Positions 10,703 to 21,471 are shown, numbered from the stretch's first letter. The stretch is DNA of 64,000 bases from a bacterium (GCA_963675755.2 CAXXMD010000002.1:1824001-1888000); one strand, 5' to 3'. Notes: generated by a model from the letters alone, not told the origin. Numbers and translations: made by a program.

Positions 10703-11599
10703 ATGGAAAAAATACTGACATACCTTGAAGAATCCGGAGACTGGATACTGACAACGGGATTAAAAATAGTATTAATTATTATCGTTATGATAATCATGTT
10801 CAAGCTGACCAAAGTCTTGTCTGACAGATTTGCTCAGTTGCTGACAAAAAGCAAAAGACTTGATGCAGAATATAAAAAGAGAACAAACACACTTTCCTCT
10901 GTGGTTAAACACGTTGCAAATGTTTTCATTTTAACTTTTTCAATCATAACAATTTTGGCTCAATTGGGTCTGGAGATTGGCCCTATTCTGGCTGCTGCGG
11001 GTGTTGTTGGATTAGCTGTTGGTTTTGGCGCACAGAGCCTTGTCAAAGATGTTATAAACGGTTTTTTTATTTTACTCGAAGACCAGGTACGGGTGGGTGA
11101 TGTAGTGAATATAGGTGGTCACAGCGGTCTGGTAGAAAAAGTGAACCTGCGCATGGTCATTTTACGAGATCTTGCAGGAAATGTACATTATATTCCCAAT
11201 GGCACCATAGATATTGTTACCAATATGACCAAAGATTTTTCACGATATGTGTTTGATATTGGTGTGGCCTACCGTGAGAATGTGGATGAGGTTATCGATC
11301 TCGTTAAAAAAGTAGATGAAAACATGCGAGCAGACGAAGAATTTGCCGGTGACATATTAGAGCCCATAGAGATTCTGGGGCTTGATCAATTTGCAGATTC
11401 TGCAATTATCATCAAGGCCAGAATCAAAACCAAACCCATTCAACAATGGAAAGTGGGTCGTGAATTTAATCGCAGGTTAAAAATGACTTTTGATCAAAAC
11501 AATATCGAGATTCCTTTTCCACATGTTACATTGTATATGGGACAAGATAAAGATAATAGCGCTCCGCCATTGTTCATTAAACAAGATCAACAACAATGA
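10703..11599 (+). CDS. mscS: Small-conductance mechanosensitive channel family protein
   Basis: AGVVGLAVGFGAQSLVKDVINGFFILLEDQVRVGD, IPNG, IEIPFP. Confidence 0.95.
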   Translation: MEKILTYLEESGDWILTTGLKIVLIIIVMIIMFKLTKVLSDRFAQLLTKSKRLDAEYKKRTNTLSSVVKHVANVFILTFSIITILAQLGLEIGPILAAAGVVGLAVGFGAQSLVKDVINGFFILLEDQVRVGDVVNIGGHSGLVEKVNLRMVILRDLAGNVHYIPNGTIDIVTNMTKDFSRYVFDIGVAYRENVDEVIDLVKKVDENMRADEEFAGDILEPIEILGLDQFADSAIIIKARIKTKPIQQWKVGREFNRRLKMTFDQNNIEIPFPHVTLYMGQDKDNSAPPLFIKQDQQQ

Positions 11600-11625
11600 A
11601 GACAAAAAAGATCAGGAGAAAACCT

Positions 11626-12687
11626 ATGGCCCGTCTTTTAAAAAAGAGAACCCATGCAACGGGTTCGGTTCCGGGTACCCCCGTTTTTGTGGGGGAACAA
11701 AAAGAACAATCTGTAAATCTTCGATTGATTGATTATGATGAACCGAGTATAAAAGAAATAAGTTTAAAATCCATTGATGAGATCATTGAATACCTCAAAA
11801 CACCCTCTATATCCTGGGTTAATATTGATGGACTGCATGATACAGAATTGATTAAAAAGACAGGTGAATTGTTCAACCTGCATCCACTCATTATTGAAGA
11901 TATAACCAATACAGACCAGCGTTCAAAAATTGAAGAATATGACAACTGTATTCTGATCATCGCCAAAATGCTGTTCCATGATAAGGACAAAGGTATTATT
12001 TCTGAACAATTCAGCCTGGTCTTGGGCAGCAATTATGTTCTTACCTTTCAGGAACGCATTGGACATGTTTTTGATCCTGTACGTGAACGGATCCGTAAAT
12101 CCATGGGACGTGTTCGAAAAATGGGTGCGGATTATCTCGCTTATATATTGCTGGATACTATAATTGACAACTATTTTGTACTGCTGGAAAAGATGGGTGA
12201 ACAAATTGAAGATATGGAACTGGACCTCACATCTTCGGTCAAACCGGATTTCTTGCATGATCTCAATTATTTCAAACGTGAGATTAATTACATCCAAAAA
12301 ATGGTCCGCCCCATACGTGACAGCATTTCCAAAATGGCACGAATGGATTCCGATTTTCTAAGTGATTCCATATCCATCTATCTCAAAGACCTGGAAGACC
12401 TGATCATTCAGGTCTACGATGCTGTAGAGAGTTATCGTGAATTGTTGGTAGACCAGTGGGATATATACAATACCCATATCAGCAACAAATTGAATGATAT
12501 CATCAAAGTACTTACCATATTCTCTGTTATTTTCATTCCACTCACTTTTGTTGCCGGTATCTATGGGACGAACTTTGAATATCTACCCGAATTACATTTC
12601 AGATACAGCTATTTTATTTTCTGGCTCGCTTTAATAACCATTGCCGTATCCATGTTGTATTTTTTCAAGAGAAAGAATTGGCTTTAA
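11626..12687 (+). CDS. corA: Magnesium/cobalt transporter CorA
   Basis: WVNIDGLH, LHPLIIEDI, QRSKIE, PLTFVAGIYGTNF..LPEL; AGGAG RBS before 11626 (alternative start 11596). Confidence 0.95.
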   Translation: MARLLKKRTHATGSVPGTPVFVGEQKEQSVNLRLIDYDEPSIKEISLKSIDEIIEYLKTPSISWVNIDGLHDTELIKKTGELFNLHPLIIEDITNTDQRSKIEEYDNCILIIAKMLFHDKDKGIISEQFSLVLGSNYVLTFQERIGHVFDPVRERIRKSMGRVRKMGADYLAYILLDTIIDNYFVLLEKMGEQIEDMELDLTSSVKPDFLHDLNYFKREINYIQKMVRPIRDSISKMARMDSDFLSDSISIYLKDLEDLIIQVYDAVESYRELLVDQWDIYNTHISNKLNDIIKVLTIFSVIFIPLTFVAGIYGTNFEYLPELHFRYSYFIFWLALITIAVSMLYFFKRKNWL

Positions 12688-12713
12688 TCACCGGCTATGT
12701 CATTAAATTGTTC

Positions 12714-12745
12714 AAAAAAGGATTTCAGAATGGAATCCTTTTTTT
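12714..12745 (+). terminator. Intrinsic terminator after corA
   Basis: aaaaaaggatttc-agaat-ggaatcc followed by a T run. Confidence 0.7.
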
Positions 12746-12872
12746 ATTGACTATTATCTAATAATTATTAAATTTAGTAAGCCAAGTAAAGCCTACCTTT
12801 ATAATAATAACATTTCTCTGCAGTCTCAAATCTTTATAGATTATTATATACAAGTTATATTGGAGTTACTTG

Positions 12873-14333
12873 ATGTTTAAAAAGTTTTTATTAATAATAT
12901 GTTTTATATATTCAAGTGTCATATTCGGTGATAATGTATTACTGCTGGATGGTGATGGGGATTATATTTCATTTTCACAACCCATAATCAATACAAATAC
13001 ATTTACCATAGAAGGTCGTGCGCTATTACATGACAGTGGTCGTGGTTTCTATAATGAAAGTCCGCTTTTTTGTCAAAGTTCAGATGCAAACGATCTGCAA
13101 GGGTCATGGATTAACATGATTCTGGAAAATCCGGATGGTGTTATTGAATTTTCTCTCGCATCTCCAGACAGTCCCGGTGTATCATACGAGCTTCCCCGTG
13201 CACCGTATGGCCAATGGTACCACTATGCCTGTGTCGTTGATCCTGACAGCATTAAACTTTATGTGAATGGCGTTCTGGAATCCCGTACTGCAAACACTCA
13301 ATTGGGAGCTTTTAATCAAAACATTGATTACATTGAAATTGGTCGACATCGGGTAAACGAAACAGATTACGGCTATTTGAATGGTATGATCAATGAAGTT
13401 CGAATCTGGAAGACAGCTCTGAGCGATACATTGATCCGTCAACATATGCACGGCACAATTAACTTATCATCTATTGATCCCAATCTGACCGCTTATTGGC
13501 GTTTTGATGAAATCGTATATGATACAACAAATAACAACAGAAAAAAAATTGTGCAGGATCTGTCCGGAAACGGCAATGATGGTATTTTGCACGGAGATGC
13601 TGCAATTGTACAGTACAGATCTGACCAATACGATGGCATTGTAAGAATTGGGTCTGTAACGGCATCTAACAGACAGGGAATGTATGCACCCCTGCATATA
13701 GATATCCCTATTGAAATCAACAATATTACAGTCAGTATTCAATGTGATACAACACTTGCAAAATTAATCACTGTTGTACCTAATCCTGAAATGATCTTTT
13801 TAAATTCATCCTTTATTCCGTATGCACAATCCGGCAATAATTGGATCATTTCGGTAACCAGCCCTAATAATTTTGGTTCATTGGGAAACTTGTTATGGTT
13901 AAAATGGGAAGCAACCAACCCTACATCCGAAGTCATTCCCCTGACTTTATTAACCGCTGAATATAGCGGTCAAAGAGAATCGCTGGTACTGGTTTCTGGT
14001 GAAATCTATGTTGAGCCTAATGTTACCAATATTGCAACGGATGAAAAATCACCAACTCGATTTATATTATTGCAAAATTACCCAAATCCTTTCAATCCGT
14101 TTACAACTATAGAATATCAACTGCAAAATCAATCAGAAATTGATCTCTCTATTTTCAATATCAAGGGAGAACATGTTAAAACGCTGGTAAATGATTTCAG
14201 ATTAGCCGGTAATCATACAATCCAGTGGAACGCACTTGATAAGGCGGGTAACAAAGTTGCATCAGGCATTTATTTTGTCAGGTTACAAACAAAAGATTTT
14301 GTAAAAATCCATAAAATGATTTTACAGAAATAA
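12873..14333 (+). CDS. Secreted LamG + cohesin-like + CTD protein
   Basis: Signal peptide; LamG WYHYACV..LYVNG, GMINEVRIW, AYWRFDE, DLSGNGNDG; cohesin-like middle domain; NYPNPFNP CTD. Confidence 0.8.
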   Translation: MFKKFLLIICFIYSSVIFGDNVLLLDGDGDYISFSQPIINTNTFTIEGRALLHDSGRGFYNESPLFCQSSDANDLQGSWINMILENPDGVIEFSLASPDSPGVSYELPRAPYGQWYHYACVVDPDSIKLYVNGVLESRTANTQLGAFNQNIDYIEIGRHRVNETDYGYLNGMINEVRIWKTALSDTLIRQHMHGTINLSSIDPNLTAYWRFDEIVYDTTNNNRKKIVQDLSGNGNDGILHGDAAIVQYRSDQYDGIVRIGSVTASNRQGMYAPLHIDIPIEINNITVSIQCDTTLAKLITVVPNPEMIFLNSSFIPYAQSGNNWIISVTSPNNFGSLGNLLWLKWEATNPTSEVIPLTLLTAEYSGQRESLVLVSGEIYVEPNVTNIATDEKSPTRFILLQNYPNPFNPFTTIEYQLQNQSEIDLSIFNIKGEHVKTLVNDFRLAGNHTIQWNALDKAGNKVASGIYFVRLQTKDFVKIHKMILQK

Positions 14334-14394
14334 AATATTGACTTGAATCATTTTTATTTCTAAATTTAAAAAACTTAAAACAAGGGGTGAAAAA

Positions 14395-16182
14395 ATGTTA
14401 AAAAAGCTGGTAGTTGCAGTATTCATTCTCAGCACTATACTCATGGCAGAGCCGTATGCTGACAAAGTATTACTATTAAGTGGGGATGGTGACTTTGTAA
14501 AACTACCCAAACCTGTCATTCAATCAAACGTATTTACCATTGAAGCCTTTGCATATATGCACGCCAAAGGTGGCGGTTATTATAATCAAAATCCTTTATT
14601 TCAACAACGTGATATGGCTACAGAATATAACGATGGCAAATCTGCAATTGTTTTCTGTGCTGACATGCAATATAACGAAACGTATCTGGCAGTAAGAGAT
14701 GAAAATCAACTGGTTTATCGTCTAACCTGCCCTTCTCCTGATTTTGGTCAATGGAACCACTATGCGGTTGTCGTTCTCTATGATGTGATGTATCTTTATA
14801 TCAATGGACAGTTGAAGGATATACAGGAACGTGCTGACCAGGGATCTTTTCTGGAATCTCTTGACTATATTGACATTGGCAGAAGCAGAAGTAAAGAGAT
14901 TGATACCGGCTTTTTTAACGGAATGATCAATGAAATGCGAATTTGGGACCATGCAATGAGTGGTTCTCAAGTCCAGGAATTAAGTACTATAAACAATCTT
15001 GAAACCCAATTAGAACAAACAACCGGCATAGGCCTGGCTGCGTATTGGGATTTCAATAATATAAGATATGTCATGAATAGTGAAGACGTATTGGAACGTT
15101 ATGTTGTAGATAAATCCGGAAATGGAAATGATGGCTTGATGATTGATAAAGCAGCCCTTGTTCCCTATTCAGATCAACTTGCAGATAACAAAATCCAATT
15201 TCAAACAGTTCCATACTATAACGGACAAAACTCTGTTATTACACCTGTTTATATCGATCTTGATAACCAGAACGATATAAACACAATCAGAATCACATGT
15301 GATGGATTTGCAGGCAATGCAACAGCTACAGGTGCAAGCTTTAATCCCGAAATGGTTGATCCTTCCAATTCATCAATATACTGTTGGATGGAAGGTGATG
15401 AAATGATACTAAAGGTTATGAGTTCCAGTCCTATTGTGCCCAAAGGTGAAATTGCGTATATAGCATGGGAAATACAACCGCAAGCCAGTGGTCTTGTTCC
15501 CATAACAGCCAACAAATGCCAAATAAATGACCTTGATGTATCTGCAACTTTTGTAGAAGGTGGAATTTATATTCCAGAAAACGATGATACCAATCCCGTT
15601 ACTTTTGCAAATTTGAATGCTTCATACAATCCTGATCAAGGTGTTGTTGTGGAATGGCAAACCCATTCAGAGACCAACAACCTGGGATTCAACATTTACT
15701 CTAGCGCATATGCAAATGGTCCCTGGACTAAAGTTAATAGCGCTCTTATACCGGGTGCAGGCACATCAATGGAAAAACAACAGTATAACTTTATTGATGA
15801 AACCACCAGCAGCAACGGTACACTTTATTACAGAGTTGAACAAATGGATACTGATGGTACCACCTCTTATTACGGTCCTGTTCAATTGAGTGGCGTACTT
15901 CCGACCTATTACAGCCTGAGACGAAACTATCCCAATCCATTTAACCCGACGACCACGATCGAATATACCATCGCCAAAGAAGGCAATGTTGATATTTCCA
16001 TATACAACATACAGGGTCAGTTGATCAAAAATCTGGTAAATACCAGACAGGCATCCGGCTATTACAACCTCCAATGGGATGCAACCGATATGTATGGCAA
16101 TTCAGTTTCCACAGGTATTTATTTTGTGAAAATGAAATCGGGTGATTTTACCAAAATACACAAAATGACTTTTCAAAAATAA
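14395..16182 (+). CDS. Secreted LamG + cohesin-like + Ig + CTD protein, paralog of 12873-14333
   Basis: Same LamG motifs (WNHYAVV, GMINEMRIW, DKSGNGNDG); PVTFANL/WQTHSETNNLGF linker domain; NYPNPFNP CTD. Confidence 0.8.
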   Translation: MLKKLVVAVFILSTILMAEPYADKVLLLSGDGDFVKLPKPVIQSNVFTIEAFAYMHAKGGGYYNQNPLFQQRDMATEYNDGKSAIVFCADMQYNETYLAVRDENQLVYRLTCPSPDFGQWNHYAVVVLYDVMYLYINGQLKDIQERADQGSFLESLDYIDIGRSRSKEIDTGFFNGMINEMRIWDHAMSGSQVQELSTINNLETQLEQTTGIGLAAYWDFNNIRYVMNSEDVLERYVVDKSGNGNDGLMIDKAALVPYSDQLADNKIQFQTVPYYNGQNSVITPVYIDLDNQNDINTIRITCDGFAGNATATGASFNPEMVDPSNSSIYCWMEGDEMILKVMSSSPIVPKGEIAYIAWEIQPQASGLVPITANKCQINDLDVSATFVEGGIYIPENDDTNPVTFANLNASYNPDQGVVVEWQTHSETNNLGFNIYSSAYANGPWTKVNSALIPGAGTSMEKQQYNFIDETTSSNGTLYYRVEQMDTDGTTSYYGPVQLSGVLPTYYSLRRNYPNPFNPTTTIEYTIAKEGNVDISIYNIQGQLIKNLVNTRQASGYYNLQWDATDMYGNSVSTGIYFVKMKSGDFTKIHKMTFQK

Positions 16183-16191
16183 AAAATATTT

Positions 16192-16223
16192 ATCCCCGGT
16201 ATTATAATCATACCGGGGATTTT
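16192..16223 (+). terminator. Intrinsic terminator
   Basis: atccccggta..taccggggat followed by ttt. Confidence 0.65.
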
Positions 16224-16361
16224 CATTCTACCTCTATTTCAAACAATCCTGGCATTTGCCCTTGCATATTAATAATAATTACCTATCTTTTTTTATATAC
16301 TTGTAGCAAAACTAGAACAATGTACCATATGGCTCCTCATTAATCATGTATGGGAGAAATA

Positions 16362-19028
16362 ATGAAAAATCATTTTGTTCTTTCGGTCCTCATTCTAATT
16401 GTTTTTATTACGTTTTGCACTTCCAATCAACCTCAAACCAACAACAAAATTATACTCAAAAACAATTGGCTGCTTCAATCATCTGCAAAACTTTTACAGG
16501 ATGGCAAAACAATTTCATCGGACGACCTGAATCCGGATGAATGGATCCCCATACAGGTTCCGACAACAGTTCTTGCTGCACTTGTGAATGCAGGTGTCTA
16601 TCCCAATCCCTATTACGGCCTGAATCTTAAATCCATACCCGGCTATAAAGAAGGCAGATGGCTTGCAATGGATAAAGACAGCCCCTTTTATCCCTCCTGG
16701 TGGTACAGGACCGAATTTAAAGTCCCCTCTCATTTCAATGGAAAAAATTTATTTTTGCATTTTGATGGCATCAACTATAAAGCCAATATATGGCTCAATG
16801 GTAGTCTTGTTGCAGATACCAGTACTGTAATTGGAATGTTCAGACGGTTTGAATTCGATATATCTCAATATATAAAAAATGATAAAAAAAACATTCTTGC
16901 GGTTGAAATATTTGCCCCCGGCAAGATACCAGACATAAAGTATTCGACCAAACAACTTGAAGCAACAACTGGCTGGGATGATCATAACCCACAACCGCCA
17001 GATCTCAATATGGGTATTTGGAGAAATGTTTCCATTTCCTATACAGGTCCTGTAAAAATAAGCCATCCCTATGTTGTAACCGATTTGGATCTGCCCTCTC
17101 TTGACCAGGCCCATTTGACCATATCTGCTGAACTAACCAATGTTACTGATCAGGAGATTAGTGGAATGTTTTCAGGCAGCATTGAGAAAATACAATTTGC
17201 TCAAAACATTACACTCGCCCCAGGAGAAACCCAAACAATTACGTTTACTCCTGAAAAGTTTGAACAATTAAACATAAAAAATCCCCGTATATGGTGGCCG
17301 CATCCGGTGGGGCCGCAAGAATTGTATAATGCTGAACTGGCTTTTCATGTAGACAATCAAATTTCGGACAATCATAAAGTCCAATTCGGGATACGGGAGG
17401 TATCCACATACATCAATGATGACGGTTGGAGAGGATACAAGGTAAACGGTAAAAACATCCTGATTCGCGGTGGTGCCTGGATGACAAGTGATATGTTGCT
17501 GCGTTTGACTCCCAGACGCTATGAAGCGCTTGTCCGCTACGCCCGGGAAGCCAATTTAAACATGCTACGTTCGGAAGGATTTTCCATCAGAGAAACAGAC
17601 GAATTTTACAACATGTGTGATAAATACGGCATTATGGTTACCCAGCAGATTTTTGGTAGAAATATTCCGGATGAAGATCTGGCTGTTGATATTGTTAAAG
17701 ATATGATTTTACGTGTACGAAATCACCCGAGTCTGGTTCACTTTTTGGGACATGATGAGACATTTCCTACAGAGCATCTCGATGCAAGTTATAGGGAATT
17801 GATAAAAAAATATACACCTCAAAGAAGTTATCAGCCCCATTCTGGTGCATTTGAACTGGAGAACCGTTTTAAAACCGGAGGAACCCGCACCGGAACATTG
17901 GAATTATGGACCTACGCTACACCCTCACATTACTATACGCATAAAAATGATGGTGCCTGGGGATTTGCCCAGTCTGGCGGTATTGGGGGAATTGTAATGC
18001 CCTATTCAAGTATCAATAAAATGATGCCTAAAAGCGCACAATGGCCCATTAATAATGAGACATTTTCTTTCCATACTGTATTACAAGGTATCGAATATTT
18101 TGATCTTGTGATCAAATCTTTAAATGAACGCTATGGTACTCCTAACGGTATACAGGAATTTTGCACAAAAGCGCAGGCATTAAATTATGAAAGCGCACGT
18201 GGAATGTACGAAGCGTATGGGCGCAATAAATACGACGCACTTGGTATCACTACCTGGAAATATGATATGGCATGGCCTGCAGCAATAAGCTGGCAATATG
18301 TAGACTGGTACCTGAATGTTGGCGGAGCCTATTACGGAGCGAAAAAAGCCTGTAATCCACTTCATGTACAGTATGCTTATGATGATCAATCGATTTATGT
18401 TATAAATAATTATTATGAATCATTTGATGATTTGACAGTTTCAGCCCAATTGTATAATTTTGACATGACTGAAAAATTTTCAAAATCAGTGCAGATCAAC
18501 ATAAATCCTGATGATAAAATCAAGGCTCTTTCTATTGATTGGCCACAGGATTTAAGCACAACCCACTTTTTGGATATGACCCTAACAGACAGTCAGGGAA
18601 ATGAAATCTCAGATAACTTTTACTGGCTATCAACAGTCCCAGATATTCAAGGTGAAAAAGGCTATAAAAGGACAGATCAAGGTTGGGGTATTCTTGATGC
18701 AAAGCCCAAATCTTTTGCTGATTTTACAGCATTGAATGATCTACCCAATGTTAAACTGGAATCAGAAATAGAACTCAATTCAGCTGAAAAAGAAAACAAG
18801 GCTATAGTACACATTAAAAATCCGGAAAAAAATCTAGCTTTTATGGTCCATTTGTCAATAATTCGGGCTGATGACGGTACAGAGGTTACACCTGTGTATT
18901 GGGATGATAATTACTTTAGTTTATTACCCGGTGAAGAAAAAACAATTACATCCCGTTATTCTATCAATGATTTAAAAGGACAAAAAGCTCAGGTTAAAAT
19001 TGACGGATGGAATATTATTACAGAGTAA
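16362..19028 (+). CDS. Glycoside hydrolase family 2, exo-beta-D-glucosaminidase/beta-mannosidase-like
   Basis: VPTTVLAALV, WWYRTEF, FDGINYKANIWLNG, GWDD..PPDLNMGIW, FGIRE, RNHPSL, WDDNYFSLLPGE; lipoprotein-like signal. Confidence 0.85.
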   Translation: MKNHFVLSVLILIVFITFCTSNQPQTNNKIILKNNWLLQSSAKLLQDGKTISSDDLNPDEWIPIQVPTTVLAALVNAGVYPNPYYGLNLKSIPGYKEGRWLAMDKDSPFYPSWWYRTEFKVPSHFNGKNLFLHFDGINYKANIWLNGSLVADTSTVIGMFRRFEFDISQYIKNDKKNILAVEIFAPGKIPDIKYSTKQLEATTGWDDHNPQPPDLNMGIWRNVSISYTGPVKISHPYVVTDLDLPSLDQAHLTISAELTNVTDQEISGMFSGSIEKIQFAQNITLAPGETQTITFTPEKFEQLNIKNPRIWWPHPVGPQELYNAELAFHVDNQISDNHKVQFGIREVSTYINDDGWRGYKVNGKNILIRGGAWMTSDMLLRLTPRRYEALVRYAREANLNMLRSEGFSIRETDEFYNMCDKYGIMVTQQIFGRNIPDEDLAVDIVKDMILRVRNHPSLVHFLGHDETFPTEHLDASYRELIKKYTPQRSYQPHSGAFELENRFKTGGTRTGTLELWTYATPSHYYTHKNDGAWGFAQSGGIGGIVMPYSSINKMMPKSAQWPINNETFSFHTVLQGIEYFDLVIKSLNERYGTPNGIQEFCTKAQALNYESARGMYEAYGRNKYDALGITTWKYDMAWPAAISWQYVDWYLNVGGAYYGAKKACNPLHVQYAYDDQSIYVINNYYESFDDLTVSAQLYNFDMTEKFSKSVQININPDDKIKALSIDWPQDLSTTHFLDMTLTDSQGNEISDNFYWLSTVPDIQGEKGYKRTDQGWGILDAKPKSFADFTALNDLPNVKLESEIELNSAEKENKAIVHIKNPEKNLAFMVHLSIIRADDGTEVTPVYWDDNYFSLLPGEEKTITSRYSINDLKGQKAQVKIDGWNIITE

Positions 19029-19034
19029 TCCAAA

Positions 19035-19073
19035 AATAAAGCACTTTTCAAGTTGATCGAAAAGTGCTTTATT
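19035..19073. terminator. Bidirectional terminator between convergent genes
   Basis: aataaagcactttt / aaaagtgctttatt perfect 14-bp inverted repeat. Confidence 0.75.
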
Positions 19074-19103
19074 GATTTTATTTGCTAACGATTATGGCGT
19101 TGT

Positions 19104-19889
19104 TTATTCCAAATACGTTTCAAGAGTCGGAATTACATTGAATTCTTTTTGAATAGCCTCATACTCTTTTTCAATTTCCTGAATATTTCGGGGATTACTT
19201 TTTTGTGCCCGCAGCATAATATTCTTGTCCGTATACCGGGATGAAACAAATTCCAGGATATCTGTTCGGTATCCATGCATTTCAAGCAGCAATGCACGAA
19301 GAGAATCACCAACCATGTATACCAGTCTTTCTTTAAATATACGATGTTTGGTAATACCCGTATAATGATGCCTGCGCAAGTGTTTCTTGATAGAATGCTG
19401 ACAACAGGAAACCGATAAAATACAGGTTGCCTTGTGCCTTAATCCCAGATGCAGGGTCTTGTCTGTAGCCAAATCGCAGGCATGCAGAGAATAGACCAGA
19501 TCCACATTTCCGCCAATCTGAAAATCAGCAATATCGCTGGCATGAAAATTCATATTTTTAAATCCAAATTCATTTGCCTGCTGATAACATTTTTCCATCA
19601 GGCGGGCATTGGTATCTATACAATGAATTGTGAGTTTACGTGGATTTATATGGGTATAATAATAATTCAATAAATAACTCAGATAACAGTTACCCGCACC
19701 GCAATCAATAAATACCAGATTCCGCTTTGGGGAATAGTTTTTTACACGGGCATGTACCATTTCCAGATAAGCCAGTATCTGTTCAATCTTGGCTGCCTTG
19801 TCCATGCTGGACTCGTTTTCAACATTCTTGAGTTTAAGTTTTTGGAAAAATGCGTTTAGCTTTTCCTTTTCATCACGTTCATAAAACAT
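19104..19889 (-). CDS. SAM-dependent methyltransferase (Methyltransf_32-like)
   Basis: IDCGAGNCYL, SLHACDLATD, VSCCQH, EFVSSRYTDKNIMLRA; GGAG RBS before ATG 19889. Confidence 0.85.
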   Translation of the reverse strand: MFYERDEKEKLNAFFQKLKLKNVENESSMDKAAKIEQILAYLEMVHARVKNYSPKRNLVFIDCGAGNCYLSYLLNYYYTHINPRKLTIHCIDTNARLMEKCYQQANEFGFKNMNFHASDIADFQIGGNVDLVYSLHACDLATDKTLHLGLRHKATCILSVSCCQHSIKKHLRRHHYTGITKHRIFKERLVYMVGDSLRALLLEMHGYRTDILEFVSSRYTDKNIMLRAQKSNPRNIQEIEKEYEAIQKEFNVIPTLETYLE

Positions 19890-19953
19890 AACAGTCTCCA
19901 ATAAATGACAGAGGTGCGTTATGTATTATGTGATGGGAAAAAAATTAAGAAAT

Positions 19954-20091
19954 GTAGAAATACCATCCTGTAGATAGACCAATTACACAACTCACCCCTG
20001 GTGAGTAAATAAAGATTAAAAATTGTGTAAGGTTTTTTTCTACAGATCCAATTTTGCCAACAGGTTCAGGCAAAAATGGAAAGGCATCTCC
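19954..20091 (-). ncRNA. Candidate structured 5' leader RNA (multi-stem junction), family unassigned
   Basis: Nested pairings on the minus strand: GAGATGCC/GGTATTTC, TCCATTTTTGCC/GGCAAAATTGGA, CTGTAGA/TCTACAG, TTACACAA/TTGTGTAA, ACTCAC/GTGAGT. Confidence 0.4.
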
Positions 20092-20193
20092 GTTTAGATT
20101 AATGTTGAATAAAAGATATGAAAATTTTTAAAAAAATCACAAAAGAATTTTGCATTTTTTTCAGAATATGGTTTGGTTTTCCAGGCCCAATTC

Positions 20194-20252
20194 CCGGACA
20201 GTCGATACTCAAATCCGTCTTAAAACCGGACGGTTTTGAACTCAGGGACCGG
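20194..20252. repeat. Degenerate copy of the GIY-YIG-associated palindrome
   Basis: ccgg..tcgatac-[inner hairpin tcaaatccgtc/gacggttttga]-actcagggaccgg; same ends as 40233-40277. Confidence 0.6.
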
Positions 20253-20299
20253 AGCCACCAAGTTAGCAGCTTGGTCACATTAAAGGGCTAATAAAACGT

Positions 20300-21331
20300 C
20301 TATTCTCCAATTTTCCGATGATAGAGCTTTATATATTTTACAACGCGATCCAAAACCTCCCTGGGTTGTTCTAAAACAGCCCGGGGTTCCTGTGGAGTAA
20401 CAATTTCATAAAACCAAAATTCATCAAAGTATCCATCATCCACTATTTGTTTGACCGGTTGCATATCCTGCTCCATCATCAACTGCGAAACAATTGCTTC
20501 CGCTTCTTCTTCACGGATAAACATTAAATTATTGTCAACCGTGTTCAATACAGATTCCGCGTATCCCGGTTCAAACTTCCACAATGCTTTAGTCAAAGCG
20601 TATGCCATCCATTCATCATTAAAAAATACTTTGACCTGCTTGTCCTCTTTATAAACCTTGTATTGTGGATTAAATACCCAGTCATCCCAGCCCAGGTCAG
20701 CCTGTTTATAATAATAAATCATCATTTTCTTTAGCACCTGATGATTGCGGTTTAAAAGATGAGCTCTCGTAATATAATCGATTGTTTTTTCACTATCGCC
20801 TTTATTCCAAAATGTATCTGCCAGAAACCAATGCGCAATATAATCGATAGGATTCATTTCAATAGCTTTTTTAAAATAATATTCCGCACTGTCATATATG
20901 GCCTGCATAAAAAAAACATCCGCAATCATTGTGAGCGCATAAGAATAGGATGGATTATCTTCAAATACCTGTCTGAACAAAGCCTTTGAGAGAATATAAT
21001 TTTTATCCTGAAACAAGGTTTCAGCCTGGTTCAACTTTTCAATACTGCTGTCATCTAACGAGTATTCAGACCAAACCAGATCACCGTCTCGATTTTCAAC
21101 ATATAATTGATTAGAGAGTACAAATGATGAATCAATTGTGTACGGGATCTCTTTATCCAAATCACCCAATACATAGGTTATTTTGGAATCTTCCATAATC
21201 TTGTACATTTCAGCAGGACTGTGAAAAGTTGTTTCCTTTTTAAAAGATGTGGATTGAGTATTTCCGGAAAAGACAATAGCAGTATACAGCAATAATGACA
21301 AGACAATACCAAAACCCGATTTTGTTTTCAT
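20300..21331 (-). CDS. Secreted tetratricopeptide-repeat protein
   Basis: Signal peptide; TPR-like helices AEYYFKKAIEMNP, AHWFLADTF. Confidence 0.75.
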   Translation of the reverse strand: MKTKSGFGIVLSLLLYTAIVFSGNTQSTSFKKETTFHSPAEMYKIMEDSKITYVLGDLDKEIPYTIDSSFVLSNQLYVENRDGDLVWSEYSLDDSSIEKLNQAETLFQDKNYILSKALFRQVFEDNPSYSYALTMIADVFFMQAIYDSAEYYFKKAIEMNPIDYIAHWFLADTFWNKGDSEKTIDYITRAHLLNRNHQVLKKMMIYYYKQADLGWDDWVFNPQYKVYKEDKQVKVFFNDEWMAYALTKALWKFEPGYAESVLNTVDNNLMFIREEEAEAIVSQLMMEQDMQPVKQIVDDGYFDEFWFYEIVTPQEPRAVLEQPREVLDRVVKYIKLYHRKIGE

Positions 21332-21471
21332 CTCCAACTCCTTTTATTTTATCAATAAAATCAAGTGGATGAATTTTCAATTAGAGGATTCCCCAATTTT
21401 CCACCCGATTTTATAGTAAGAGATTAAGAAATCAAAATCAATATTTTTTTGAGCGCAGGTTATGGATAATA

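Noticed and set aside
19954-20091. Fluoride or SAM-I riboswitch
   Set aside because: GGAGATG resembles the fluoride motif start, but the pseudoknot and CTRATG elements are missing and the SAM-I core is not found; kept as an unassigned structure.
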